Shown: piece after piece, positions 13,849 through 27,910 of the stretch | Layout of the letters: the number at the start of each line of letters is the position of its first letter | Position numbering within the stretch: position 1 is the stretch's first letter | Assembly: GCA_951406725.2 (NCBI GenBank) | Contig: OX597830.1 | Span: 35,402,001-35,466,000 of the forward strand | Length of the DNA stretch: 64,000 bases | Direction of reading: 5' to 3' | DNA from: Octopus vulgaris | Taxonomy: Eukaryota | Program-made: the position numbers and the translations under genes | The notes under the pieces: generated by a model | Seen by the model: the letters and a program-made list of their open reading frames with translations, nothing else | Databases searched by the model: none | What the model was told of the DNA's origin: nothing

Positions 13849-14037
13849 ACCTATAAACACACACACATACACAAACACAAACAGGCACACAAATACATAA
13901 ACACACACACACACAAACAAACACACACACGCGTACACGTATATAAATATGTATTCTTTCATTCTTTTATACTTTTATGTTTCAGTCACTTGACAGCAGC
14001 CATGCTGGTGCACCACCGAATATGTGCATGTGGTGTG

Positions 14038-14091
<54 letters not shown>

Positions 14092-14344
14092 GTGTGTGTG
14101 CGTGCGTGTGTGTGTACTCTACAAAGAAACCGACTACCAAATTCTGCCTCAAGGCCTGGTGCGATGCGCTTTACTAAGAAGCACTGCACCACAGTCTAAG
14201 ATTGAACTCGAAACCAGCTGCTTGCGGAGCAACTCTCTTAACCAGGCACCCTTGCCTGCACACACGCACGACCGCGCGAATACACACGCACCACACACAC
14301 ACACACACATACACACACACACAGACACACAAACACATATATAT

Positions 14345-14510
14345 AGGCGCCTGAGTGGCTCTGTGCTAAGTAGCATGCTTATCAACTACATGGTCCCGGG
14401 TTCAGTCCCACTGCGTAGTACTTTGGGCTAGAGTCTTCTACTACAGCCTCAATCCGACCAAAGCCTTGTGAGTAGATTTGGTAGAGGGAAACTGAAGGAA
14501 GCCTGTCGTA
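14345..14510 (+). mobile_element. SINE family B, 5' module
   Basis: GGCGCCTGAGTGGCT...GAAGCCTGTCGTA. Confidence 0.85.
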
Positions 14511-14570
14511 TATATATGTATATATATATATATATGTATATGCATGTATATATATATATGTATGTATATA

Positions 14571-14627
<57 letters not shown>

Positions 14628-14995
14628 GCTTTTACTCTTTTACTTCTTTCAGTCATTTGATTGAGGGCATGGTGTAGCACCGCCTTTAGTCGAAGAGATC
14701 GTCTGCAGGACATATTCTTTGTAAGCCTAGTACTTAATCTATCGGACTGTTTTGCCGAATCGCTAAGTTACGGGTACGTAAACACACCAGCATTGGTTGT
14801 CAAGCGATGTTGGTGGACAAACATAATACACATACATGCATACATATATATATATAGAGAGAGAGAGACATATATACGACGAGCTTCTTTCAGTTTCCGT
14901 ATACCGAATCCACTCACAAGGCTTTGGTCGGCCCGAGGCTATAGTAGAAGATACTTGCCCAAGGTGCCACGCAGAGGGACTAACCCGGAACCATG
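14628..14995 (-). mobile_element. SINE family B, 5' truncated
   Basis: Reverse-complement tail TTTTACTCTTTTAC and both modules. Confidence 0.88.
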
Positions 14996-15013
14996 TATGT
15001 ATATATATCTATG

Positions 15014-15047
<34 letters not shown>

Positions 15048-15485
15048 TATATATATATATAAGTTCCCTTCGAGAGTAGGTGGACAGAGCCTAAACGAAT
15101 CTCCACAGAAAAATATGCCCGGCTGCGTGTGCAGCCGCCCATAATCGGTGTAGCGGAAACACGGGTAGAACCATAACAATACGCTATATGTGTGTGTATG
15201 TGTGTGTGAGAGTTGGTATGCGTATGTGTGCGTGTGCGTGTGCGTGTTAAAAGTTCCCTACAGTTGCACTACTGATGTTTCGTCTAGACGTGTTTTTCAG
15301 CCAAATCCATAAATGTATCTAAGTTCGAAGAGCTTAAGCAATAAAACATGTTTACAAAGTTATGGAATGCTCACTATCTGTCTAGCAAAATCGATCCCAA
15401 CACCTTAGTTGGTCTGCAAAACGTCATAACAGATCCACGTAAATGTGTTTGTGTGTGTGTATACATATATATATATATATATATA

Positions 15486-15578
<93 letters not shown>

Positions 15579-15598
15579 GTATCCATATGTACATATAC

Positions 15599-15680
<82 letters not shown>

Positions 15681-15824
15681 TGTGTGTATGTATGTATGTT
15701 TGTATGTATGCATGTATGCATGTACGTAAGTATAAATAAGTATAGATATTTATAGATACAGACAGACACAGACAGAATCACAGGCACAGAGACAGAGGGG
15801 CAGACAGACAGATAGGTAGGTAGG

Positions 15825-15896
<72 letters not shown>

Positions 15897-16144
15897 GAAA
15901 GAGTCATGACGGTTTGAGCAAATGTTTTCTTCGATAGTCCCTGCCCGCTGATTAATTTGTGGGCGTACGTGTGTGTGTGTGTGTGTGTCCGTGGTAATGT
16001 GTGTTCGTGTGGGTGCGCATATATTTCTGTTCGTCTCACTAACATCGCTTGACAAACGATATTGGTTTGTTTACGTTCACGCAAATTGCCAGTTTCTCAA
16101 AAGCAAATCGATAATACTGTACTAGACTAAACCCTATGCTATAT

Positions 16145-16216
<72 letters not shown>

Positions 16217-16266
16217 TACGTATATATATATGTATGTATATATGCATATGTTTTATTAATTATTTT

Positions 16267-16317
<51 letters not shown>

Positions 16318-16540
16318 ATATGTATATATATGCATACAAACATGTGTGAGTCCTTGTGTGTGTGCGCGCGCATGTCTGTGCTCGCGTGTGTGCATGTGTC
16401 TGCGTGATTTTGTATGTTCGTCTCTGTGTGTATCGGTCTCTATCTTTATCTTTCCAATGGTCAATCTCCACAAACACACACACACACACACACACATACA
16501 TATATGCATATATACATACATATATATATATATATACACT

Positions 16541-16582
<42 letters not shown>

Positions 16583-16585
<3 letters not shown>

Positions 16586-16807
16586 TTCTTTACTACCCAC
16601 AAGGGGCTAAACAGAGAGGGGACAAACAAGGACAGACTAACGGACTAAGTCCATTACATCGACCCCAGTGCGTAACTGGTACTTAATTTATCGACCCCGA
16701 AAGGATGACAGGCAAAGTCGACCTCGGCGGAATTTGAACTCAGAACGTAACGACAGACGAAATACGGCTACGCATTTCGCCCGGCGTGCTAACGTTTCTG
16801 CCAGCTC
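16583..16807 (-). mobile_element. SINE family A (T1 tail), monomer inserted in (TA)n
   Basis: High identity to the 7139-7370 copy. Confidence 0.92.
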
Positions 16808-17004
16808 ATATATATATATACATAGAAGGGTATTTCGTCCCTCTAACTTAACTGCTCGGCAAAAACGCATCGATAGATTAGATAATATAGTAGTATACTT
16901 TGAAAAAAAAAAACAAAGGACAGATGTCGGCTCGATTGAAAACATGTCAGCATAGTATAGCAGTAGATGTATACATATACATATATATATATATACATAT
17001 ATAT

Positions 17005-17396
17005 ACTCTTTACTCTCTTTTACTTGTTTCAGTCATTTGACTGCGGCCATGCTGGAGCACCGCCTTTAGTCGAGCAAATCGACCCCGAAACTTATTCTTT
17101 GTAAGGCCAGTACTTATTCTATCGGTCTCTTTTGCTAAGTGACGGGGACGTAAACACACCAGCATCGGTTGTCAAGCAATGCTAGGGAGACAAGCACAAA
17201 CACACAAACACATACATATACATATATATATATATATATACGACATTCTTCTTTCAGTTTCCGTCTACCAAATCCACTCACAAGGCATTGGCCGGCCCGG
17301 GGCTATAGCAGAAGACACTTGCCCAAGATGCCACGCAGTGGGACTGAACCCGGAACCATGTGGTTGGTTTGCAAGCTACTTACCACACAGCCACTC
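17005..17396 (-). mobile_element. SINE family B, near full length
   Basis: High identity to the 29962-30376 copy. Confidence 0.92.
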
Positions 17397-17400
17397 ACAC

Positions 17401-17437
<37 letters not shown>

Positions 17438-17448
17438 AACATATATAT

Positions 17449-17539
<91 letters not shown>

Positions 17540-17730
17540 GAAATGTTTGTTCTTGTGCATGCATTTAGCATCGAAAGATTTACGTATAAACGCAAACACA
17601 CTTACACAGGAAATAAAATCACACCCGTTCTGTGTGTGTGTGTAATATTTCAGTGCATCTTGCAACTCTGTAGATAGTTAAAACTATCAATCTCTGCCTA
17701 CATAAATACACATATATACATATATATATC

Positions 17731-17804
<74 letters not shown>

Positions 17805-17811
17805 TAGATAG

Positions 17812-17842
<31 letters not shown>

Positions 17843-19734
17843 TATCAGATATTTATATATGCAATGTATTTAGATAGGTATAGACACTGAGGGAGGTAGA
17901 AAGATAGGTGGAGATAGAGAATTAGTAAAAAAAAATGTATTTGAGAGAAGGTTAGATTGAGTAAGTAAAACAAGTTTTGGAAATGAGGGAAGAGAGAGAG
18001 AGGGGAAGAAAGCGATCGAGGGAGGGTGGGAGAGAAGGTTAGCTAATGAAAGTGAAAGTAGGAGTGGTTTGAGAGTGAAAAATTGTCAGAAAAAGGAAAG
18101 AGCGAAAGATGAGGAAGAGAGAGTCACAGGAATTTAAGAGGCAAAGAACTGAAAGGATGACGGCCATAAAAAGTGATAGGGAGAGTAAGAGTGAGATAAA
18201 GTGAGAGTTAGTAAAGGAGAGAAAGCATGATATATATATATATATATATATATATGTGGGGGAAAGTGTAAGTCAGAGATGGCATAGAAATAGCGAAAGA
18301 GATACTATAAAAAGTTTGGAAAATTAAACGATAAGGTAGAAAAAGAATCAAGCGATAGGAAATGAGAGCGAGGGAAAGAGAGAGGAACATGTAGAGTGAC
18401 AGACAGACAGATAGAGACAGAGAGGTAGAGAGACAGGGAGAGAGACAGAGAGACAGGGAGGGAGACAGACAGACAGATTAAATAAGATCATATAATATTT
18501 ATAATGAGAATTGTAAAAACAGATATACGTGCGTGTGCGTATGTGTGTGTGTAATCATTAAAGGGGGGTAGAAATTAGAGCCTGCCTGAGAGGGAGAGGA
18601 AGAGAGAGAGTGAGACACAAGTAATGAGACACAGAGAGACGGGGAAACGGTGAGAAAGACAAAGAAATTAAGAGAAATAAAAGAAATTGTAAGGAAGAGT
18701 TGTGAGTAGGATTTAGTTTAATGATATCGTAAAAAAAGGGGCGAGAATGATTAGAATGAGGGAAGGTGGAGGGTGCATAGGAAATAGAAATGGTAACTTA
18801 GTAAAAGAAAGAGTAAGTAAACAACAGTGAGAAAGAGAGAGAGAGAGACGATGAGTGAGAGAGTAAATTATGAGGGAGAGTAAATTACGAAGGGGAGAGT
18901 TAATGAAAGAAGGTAGGAAAAAATAAGGTGATAGAGAAAGACATGCAAGAGTGATAGAGAGGGGGGGATGAAAGTAGACGGAGGTAGAAAGAGAGAGGGA
19001 AGTTAAGAAATGAAGGGTATGATTAAAGGGTGTAGTAGGAGTCTGGTGAAAGGGACAGCATAAAGAAAATGTGAAAGAAAAAAGGGAGAGGCAAAGAGAA
19101 GGTGCAAATAATTATAAGACCAAGGGAAAAAAAGAGAACGTAGATAAATAAACAGAGAAAGAAAGGTGTAAAAGATTGATTTAATAAGTGACAGAGTAAA
19201 AGTAGTGAATAAACGCTGTGTGAAGAGAGAGATAAAGAGAGCAAGGTGAGAGAGGGAAAGAGGGTAAGCGCGAGAGAGAGAGAGAGGGAGAGAGAGAGAG
19301 CGAAAGACACAGAAAAATATCGCTGAAGAAAATTTAATAGAGTAAGGGGAGATAAATATTGAGGAAATGCGGGTTCGGTGAAGTGAGAGTCAAAGGAGAA
19401 AAAACAATGAGAGTAGGAGGACATAGACTATCGAAGGGGAGAGAGAAAGACAGGTATACAAATTCAACGTGAGAAAGAGAGAGAGAGAGAAACAGAGAGA
19501 GGAGGTGAAGAGAGAGTCTTAGAGAGAATTAATGCTAATAAGAAATGAAACGCGAATGACAGAGAATTGATGAGTACTGTGGCTATTGTTGTGGTTATTG
19601 TAGTTGTGCTTGTTTTCTTTTTTTGTTACTGTAGGTCGGACTTGACTAAGTCGGCCTATGGATCAATGCCATTCCAGGTTTGACCAACCTGACTTTTTGA
19701 AGTATGTAGAACTACATAGTCCAATATCAGCACT

Positions 19735-19751
19735 TATTATTATTGTTGATA

Positions 19752-19819
<68 letters not shown>

Positions 19820-19871
19820 TGATATATATTAGCCCTTGTGGCCAATAAAACCAGAACTATTATTATTATTA

Positions 19872-19933
<62 letters not shown>

Positions 19934-19976
19934 CATCATCAGCATCAGCATCATCATCATTATCATCATCATTATA

Positions 19977-20021
<45 letters not shown>

Positions 20022-20022
20022 T
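19735..20022. repeat. (ATT)n microsatellites
   Basis: Direct reading; also ~21010-21175 and ~41280-41360. Confidence 0.95.
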
Positions 20023-20403
20023 TGTACTTAACGCGCTAACGTGTGATTTGAGGTAAATTGCCAACTGTTTCTTGTACTGTGAATAGCCTCATATTGTTTA
20101 AGGAGTTGAATTCACAAGGGAAAAAGTGGGAGGAGACAAAGGGTGAAGCAAGGAGTGAGAGAGAAAGTGAGAGGAATAATTATATTCAGGGTGAAAGAGG
20201 AAGAGAAGAAAGGAAAGGATGATAGAGATAGAGATAAATGCATAGAGAGTGAGGGAAAGAGAATGAACAAGATAAGAAGAGAGAGGATATGAGGAAGACG
20301 GCAGAGAGAACGAAAGTTAGAATTGATAGATAGACAAAGAGATAGAGAGAGAGAGAGATGGATGGATGGATGGATGGGTGGGTGATAGATAGATAGATAG
20401 ATT

Positions 20404-20460
<57 letters not shown>

Positions 20461-20604
20461 GTAGGTAGATAGGTAGGTAGGTAGGTAGGTAGATAGGTAG
20501 GTAGGTAGGTATGTTGGTAGGTAGGTAGGTAGGTAGGTAGGTAGGTAGGTAGGTAGGTAGGTAGGTAGGCAGGTTAGGTATGTAGGTAGGTTAGATAGGT
20601 AGGC

Positions 20605-20642
<38 letters not shown>

Positions 20643-20734
20643 CTAGAGAAAGGGAGAGAGAGGGAAGTTAGAAGAGTTGCAAAAGCAAAAGTTTGGAAGT
20701 TGAAGACAGTGAGAGAGAGATGGAGCGAGATAGA

Positions 20735-20776
<42 letters not shown>

Positions 20777-21013
20777 AACAGAGACAAACAGACAGAGTGA
20801 AATAAAGAGTTGTGGCAGTGTGAACGTTAAATGCAAATGAAATACAGAAGGAAGAGAGATATGATGAGTGGCAGAGTGAGGGGGAGACAGGGAGTGGGAG
20901 AGGGAAAGAGAAATAGAGGGTGAGGGGTGTAAATTTGACCATCAACAGAGGAAGAAAACTAAGAGAATGGCATTGAACTTATATGGAGGGTGGGAGGAGA
21001 GCATCTAGTATTA

Positions 21014-21095
<82 letters not shown>

Positions 21096-21121
21096 CATCA
21101 TCATTATTATCATTATTATTA

Positions 21122-21161
<40 letters not shown>

Positions 21162-21619
21162 CATTATTATTATTATAGAGAGAGAGTAAAAAAGAAAAAC
21201 AATGGGGTATGAGAGACCACAATTAAAGAGATAAAGAGAGAGACAGAGACAGAGAGAGTAAGAGAATGAGAGGGAGACGGGACATATTTGGATATATAAA
21301 GGGAGAGTGAAATGGTAAAGGTGAGAGGTAGAAATTTAGAGAAATGAAGTGGATAATAGTGGTTCTCAAGATGCGCCAGTGAAAATGGTAGTGATGGTGT
21401 GTGGTGGGAGAATGATGGCGGTGATATAATGGTAGTAATGGTTGTGGTAACAGGTGTAGTGGGAGTGACAATAGTAGTGATGGTATGGTGGTGGGATAGA
21501 GGTGGTGGTAGTAGCAGGGAAGTTGATAGGGATGGTATGGTAGTAGTGGTGAATGTCGTGGTGGTGGTGGTGGTGGTGATGGCTGTTGTGATAGTGTAAT
21601 GACGGTGGTGATCATGGTG

Positions 21620-22572
21620 GTAATAACCGTTTTTGATCCAGGCACAAGGTCTGAAACTTGTAGGGAGGTGATAAGTCGAGTACATCGATCCCAGTACTCA
21701 ACTGGTACTTCATTTATCGCCCCCGAAAGGATGAAAGGTAAAGTCAGCTTCGGTGGAATTTGAACTCAGAACGTAGCGACGGCGAAATACCTATTTCTTT
21801 ACTACCCACAAAGGGCTAAACATAGAGGGGACAAACAAGGACAGACAAACGGATTAAGTCGATTACATCGACCCCAATGCGTAACTGGTACTTATTTAAT
21901 CGCCCCCGAAAGGATGAAAGGTAAAGTCAGCTTCGGTGGAATTTGAACTCAGAACGTAGCGACGGCGAAATACCTATTTCTTTACTACCCACAAGGGGCT
22001 AAACATAGAGGGGACAAACAAGGACAGACAAACGGATTAAGTCGATTACATCGACCCCAATGCGTAACTGGTACTTATTTAATCGCCCCCGAAAGGATGA
22101 AAGGTAAAGTCAGCTTTGGTGGAAATTGAACTCTGAACGTAGCGACGGCGAAATACCTATTTCTTTATTACCCACAAGGGGCTAAACACAGAGAGGAAAA
22201 ACAAAGACAGACAACCGGATTAAGTCGATTATATCGACCCCAATGCGTAACTGGTACTTATTTAATCGATCCCGAAAGGATGAAAGGTAAAGTCGACCTC
22301 GGCGGAATTTGAACTCAGAACGTAGCGGCAGACGAAATACCTATTTCTTTACTACCCACAAGGGGCTAAACATAGAGGGAACAAACAAGGACAGACAAAC
22401 GGATTAAGTCGATTACATCGACCCCAGTGCGTAACTGGTACTTATTTAATCGACCCCGAAAGGATGAAAGGCAAAGTCGGCCTAGGCGGAATTTGAACTC
22501 AGAACGTAGCGGCAGACGAAATACCGCTAAGCATTTCGCCCGGCGTGCTAACGATTCTGCCAGCTCGTCGCC
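21620..22572 (-). mobile_element. SINE family A pentamer (head + four T1 bodies + terminal T2 body)
   Basis: GAAATAC|CTATTTC junctions at 21790, 21973, 22156 and 22340 (183-184-bp period); head 22525-22572. Confidence 0.93.
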
Positions 22573-22574
22573 TT

Positions 22575-23310
22575 AATGAGGTGGTAATAATGGTGACAGG
22601 GATATTAATAATGATGCCGGTAATAATGGTGGTAATAACGGTGGTAATGACAGTAGTAGTGGTGATATTGGTAATGTTGATGGTAATGATGTTGTTAATG
22701 ATGGTGGTAGAAACATTGTTAATGATGACGGTAATGATGACAATGATGGTGGGAATGATGGCAATGATGGTGGTAATGATGGTTGTAGTGAGGTCGCAAT
22801 AAAGGTTGTAGTGATGACGGTAATGACGGTGGTAATGACGGCAGTAGTGGTGATATTGGTAATAATGGTGGTAATGATGTTAATGATGGTGGTAGAAACG
22901 TTGTTAATGATGATGGTAATGATGATGGAAATGATGGTGGGAATGATGGTTGTAATGAGGTCGTAATAAAGGTTGTAGTGATGGTGGTAATGATGGTGGT
23001 AATGATGAAGGTAATGAAGGAGTGGTGCATCAATGGTAATGATGGGGATAAACGTGGTGGTGGTGGTGTTGGTCTTAGCAATGGCGGTGGTAGCGCTGAT
23101 GGTAGCAGCTGTAATGATATAATGGCAATAGTAGTGGTGGTGCTGCTGCTGTGGGTGTTGGTGGTATGATACAAGGAAGACACTAGCAAAGGGATGGTAG
23201 TAAAGATAGATCAGTTACGATGTGACGATCGTGGGTAATGATAATGTTAGTAAAGTCTGATGAAAGCAATGGCATGGTGGGTATTATGGTTGTGATGATG
23301 GTATGCTATT
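22575..23310. repeat. Degenerate (GAT/GGT/AAT) field with ~190-bp internal tandem duplication
   Basis: GGTAGAAAC.TTGTTAATGATGA and GAGGTCG.AATAAAGGTTGTAGTGATG each occur twice. Confidence 0.85.
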
Positions 23311-23448
23311 GGAGAGGGAACAGAAATAGTGGTACTCGAGACAGCATTGTAGGGTCTTTGATAATAATGGCAGAAGTGATATTGTAGTGGTGAAGGTCAT
23401 GATGACAAAATGGTATAGTGAAAGTTATATATATATATATATATATAT

Positions 23449-24200
23449 GTAAAATACAAAAGGGACAAGAACGCAGACAGTTAGGTGATACAGAAATGGG
23501 ACGACAAAACATCCAGATAGACGATACAAAGAAAACAAGGACGGGTCATTCGAAGTTTTCTTTCCTCAGTCAAGTACCAGATTATCTTCGCAATTTCGGC
23601 TGATTATACTTGAGATTGCTCCAATCTGGCCAGCTCCAAGGAAAATCTAAGAGCATTAGGTTCCTTGGAAGAAAGCAGCGAGTATATACGAAAACATGGA
23701 CGGAAAAAAACGGACGATGTTACACAAATACAATAAAAATAATTACAGGACATAACAATAGGTATCTTTCGACTAAGTACGAATTAAATTGAGCTGGCGT
23801 GTGTGGAAATGAAGCCTTACAGCAGGAATACAAGTTTTCACAAACACAGGGAGGAATATCGATGTTGCACGAAAGGATGGAGAAGCACAAAAAAGAAAGA
23901 AGAAAGCAAAGGACTACTGCTGAGGTCACAGAAATATGACGAAAAAGCTCTGGCCGAAATACAATGTATATGAAATAAAGATGAAGCAAGTGAACACCGA
24001 ATATATAGTGCGTGACAAAATGCAGCAAGGAATTTTGTCAGTGAACAGGTCGCGGTCTCAAAGCGACGAAAATATTTTGACAAATTAAATTTAAATGTTG
24101 GAGTGAATCTAACAGTTTTTGTGTGTTTCTTAAATTGCTTATAAACAGCACACGATCTCAGATCAGATCAGGTCACTTCCTATGCAAGTACATCTCCGTA
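23449..24200 (-). mobile_element. Interspersed repeat, probably a Penelope-like element terminal region
   Basis: Its left end recurs at ~47416-47502 and its right end (GATCTCAGATCA..TCACTT.CTATGCAAG.ACATCTCC) at ~52597-52637, each abutting (TA)n; class and strand are inference. Confidence 0.55.
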
Positions 24201-24375
24201 AAAATTTTGATTTTGATTTTGCAACGATAATATTTCATGTTGAATCAACGATAATTCGTTCATTACACATGAGAAAGGAAAATGTTGTCAATTATGTCAG
24301 TATAAGAGCGACCCTCAAAAAAATTTTTTCTGTGATTAAAGTGGTCCGCAATGTAATTCGGGTTGGCCAGGCCTG
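24200..24375. mobile_element. hAT (Charlie/Buster-like) element end
   Basis: Terminal GGTTGGCCAGGCCTG (CAGGCCTGGCCAACC TIR) followed by ACTTAGCC, an nnnTAnnn 8-mer; partner TIR not seen. Confidence 0.5.
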
Positions 24376-24549
24376 ACTTAGCCCAATGTGCAAAGAGTTA
24401 GAGCTCGATAGTTGCTGTCTCCCGACATTTGACGTTCTTAGTGTGCATTTTTTAAAGGTACTGGAGACATGCAGTTATATATATTGTATCTATTTATCTA
24501 GTTACGCATTTCTCTATTGTTGTCCTCACAAATTATAAACAGTGTTTCT

Positions 24550-24802
24550 TGCTTTACTTTCTTTCAGTTCTCACACTCATTAGGCTGCGGCCATGCTGGG
24601 GCACCACTATGAAGGGTTTTAGTGAAACCCTTCAACACCAGTAATTGTTTTTTTTTTCTCTTTAAGTCTGGTACTTCCTCTATAGTTCCCTTTTTTCTTT
24701 TCTTACTTTTTTTTTCGTCGAGCCGGCAAGTCATTGGAGTGTAAACAAACCGAAACCGGAGCTGAATGGAAGACAAACGCAGACACAGACTACACACACT
24801 GA

Positions 24803-24835
<33 letters not shown>

Positions 24836-24983
24836 TCTTTTCTTCTATTATTTTATTCTATTATAGCCCGAGGCTATAATAGACACTATGAAAGTCACTT
24901 GCCCAAAGTGCAACGCAGTGAGACTGAACCTGAAACCATGTGGTTCGTAAGCAAGCTACTTACCACACAGCTATTCCTACGCG
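24550..24983 (-). mobile_element. SINE family B, diverged
   Basis: CTGCGGCCATGCTGGGGCACC and GAAACCATGTGGTT..TACCACACAGC. Confidence 0.8.
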
Positions 24984-25157
24984 TATGAAAAGTTGTAAAA
25001 GTATTAAGAAATACCTTATGTGTGGTGGAACTTCAACTGCAATAGACCGGTGTCTTATCCAGGTAAGATTTATCAGTTTAAGGACGTGAAACATGGATCA
25101 CATCAGTCTGAAATATATTCAGAGCTTAGAAAGCAATTTATGTTTCATTAATATCGT

Positions 25158-25481
25158 GGCACTCCGTCGGTTACGACGACGAGGGTTCCAGTTGATCCGA
25201 TCAACGGAAATAGCCTGCTCGTGAAATTAACGTGCAAGTGGCTGAGTACTCCATAGACACGTGTACACTTAACGTAGTTCTCGAGGAGATTCAGAATGAG
25301 ACAAGCCTGGCCCTTCGAAATACAGATACAACAGAAACAGGAAACAAGGGTGAGAGAAAGTTGTTTACAAAGAGTACAGCAAGGTTCGTCGCCACCCCCT
25401 GCCGTAGCCTCGCGTAGGTGTTTTTGCTCAATAAACACGACCGCGAGTCCACTGTCCTAACCACTGGGCCATCGCACCTCT
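25158..25481 (-). mobile_element. SINE family C with internal deletions
   Basis: Reverse-complement match to 11316-11700. Confidence 0.88.
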
Positions 25482-25911
25482 ACTTCACTAATATAGTAGT
25501 GTTAAGTCTATACTTCATTGATAATATCTACACAGTACTGGATCTACCTTGCGTAATTGCCGAAATAAATTGGAAAAAATAATAACACATAATAGAAAAA
25601 AAATAACCTGCCTCGAGGAAATCCTACTTTTACCAAAATTTCATATTTCTGTTTTGATACATTAACTTACTAATCATGATATCACCGCTTCATTATGTTG
25701 AAAATTTCGATTATGTCTCCGATATTCTTGCATAGTAAATATTGTTTTAGAAATAACAATGGAGCTCAAAACAAGACGATTTCCTTTTGATGATATAAGA
25801 TTTGAACAAAGGTGGAGACAAGCTAAATAGTAAGATTAATATTAGTTATCAATATAATTAATTAGCTTGCTTTTCCTTCACATTACATTATTTCTAGTTA
25901 GCTTTCATGAA

Positions 25912-26690
25912 GGAGGCGAGCTGGCAGAAACGTTAGCACGCCGTGCGAAATGCTTAGCAGTATTTCGTCTGCCGTTACGCTCTGAGTTCAAATTCCGCCG
26001 AGGTCGACTTTGCCTTTCATCCTTTCGGAGTCGATAAATTAAGTACCAGTTACACACTGGGGTCGATATAATCGACTTAATCAGTTTGTCTGTCCTTGTT
26101 TGTCTCCTCTGTGTTTAGCCCTTTGTGGGTAGTAAAGAAATAGGTTTTTCGTCTGTCGTTACGTTCTGAGTTCAAATTCCGCCGAGGTCGACTTTGCCTT
26201 TCATCCTTTCGGGGTCGCTTAAATAAGTACCAGTTAAGTACTGGAGTCGATATAATCGATTGGACCTCCTCCCCAAATGTTTCGAGCCTTGTGCCGAAAG
26301 TGGAAAAGTATCGTTTAGCACTCTGGGTGATATGCTTAGTGGTATTTCGTCTGCCGCTACGTTCTGAGTTCAAATTCCGCCGAGGTCGACTTTGCCTTTC
26401 ATTCTTTCGGGGTCGCTTAAATAAGTACCAGTTAAGTACTGGGGTCGATATAATCGATTGGACTCCTTCCCCAAATGTTTCGAGCATTGTGCCGAAAGTA
26501 GAAAAGTATCGTTAGCACTCTGGGCGATATGCTTAGTGGTATTTCGTCTGCCGCTACGTTCTGAGTTCAAATTCCGCCGAGGTCGACTTTGCCTTTCATC
26601 CTTTCGGGGTCGATAAATTAAGTACCAGTGAAACACTGGGGATAATGTGATCAACTGGGCCCCTCTCCACAACTTTCAGGCCTCATAACC
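25912..26690 (+). mobile_element. SINE family A tetramer (T1 body then three T2-type bodies)
   Basis: Units start at ~25960, 26144, 26312 and 26510. Confidence 0.9.
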
Positions 26691-26934
26691 AAAAACTTGT
26701 GGCAGGAATACACGATTATTACGATCCAACAGATCTTAACTATTCTATACGAAGTAAAGATAATACTGCATAGCGGCAGGATTTGGTATTGTAACGTTAA
26801 GGGCTTAGACAAACAATGCATGCCAGTTTCTCTGAGGGTCGAGCGTTTCTGCCAATGTTAAGGAAATCTAATATTCGAAGGACAATATTTATGTAAAATC
26901 TAGAGTTTAATATCTATCTATCTATCTTTTCCTT

Positions 26935-27112
26935 TTTTTCTTTTTTTTTGTTCTTTTTTTCCCTTTTACGATCCCTTTTGATCGAAAACCTACGCCACCT
27001 TTTTTTTTGTTTCTTTTGTTTTTGTTTTTTGTTTTTTCATCTCCCAAAAGAAAAGCTCTACCTTGTAACTTGTCCCATCTGTGTGCAGCCCTGTGTGGCC
27101 AATAAAGAAACT
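26935..27112 (+). mobile_element. Probable LINE 3' UTR fragment sharing its tail with family-A T1
   Basis: T-rich sequence ending CCTTGTAACTTGTCCCATCTGTGTGCAGCCCTGTGTGGCCAATAAAGAAA, flanked by (TATC)n on both sides. Confidence 0.55.
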
Positions 27113-27239
27113 TATCTATCTATCTATCTATCTATCTTTATATATATATATATATACATATATGTTTATGAGTGTTTTTTTTTGTCAGCGTTCGCGTGCA
27201 TACATACATACATACATACATACATAAATAGATACATAA

Positions 27240-27310
<71 letters not shown>

Positions 27311-27683
27311 CATTTATTAATGGCGAGGTCAAAACACCGAAAGATGAAGAGCAAGAAAAAGAAATCTGCTTCGAATATGTTACGAAGTGATATGGCGGAC
27401 TCACAAACGTGCACTTGAGCCGTGAGTGGAAGTGAGGTTAGAAAGACAGTGTAGTTGCGGTCAGAGGGCTGTTCACAAAGACAAAGTGAAACAGTAGGAG
27501 GTTATGTGTGGAAGGCCAAGAGTGAGCATGGAAGAAACTACGTAGATGTATGCAGGTGTACCTATATATATGCGTGTATGTGTGTGTGTATGTGTCTGTG
27601 TGTCTATAAGTGTGTGTTTATATATATACATATATGCATATGGGGCTGTATATATACATATATAAATATACATGCACACACAT

Positions 27684-27802
<119 letters not shown>

Positions 27803-27910
27803 TACATATATATACATCCAAACAAGAAAGCACAAAAAAAACACAACAACGCGAGGACGTGGAACAAATATAGTATTATTGGACGCTCAGGAAAGAAGGA
27901 AAGAAGGAGG

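Noticed and set aside
21620-22572. CRISPR-like regular array
   Set aside because: Whole 183-bp units repeat with no unique spacers; eukaryotic SINE sequence; no cas genes
23590-23970. Further hammerhead-like fragments (also ~15265-15300 and ~34740-34765)
   Set aside because: Core CUGANGA missing or stems unpaired
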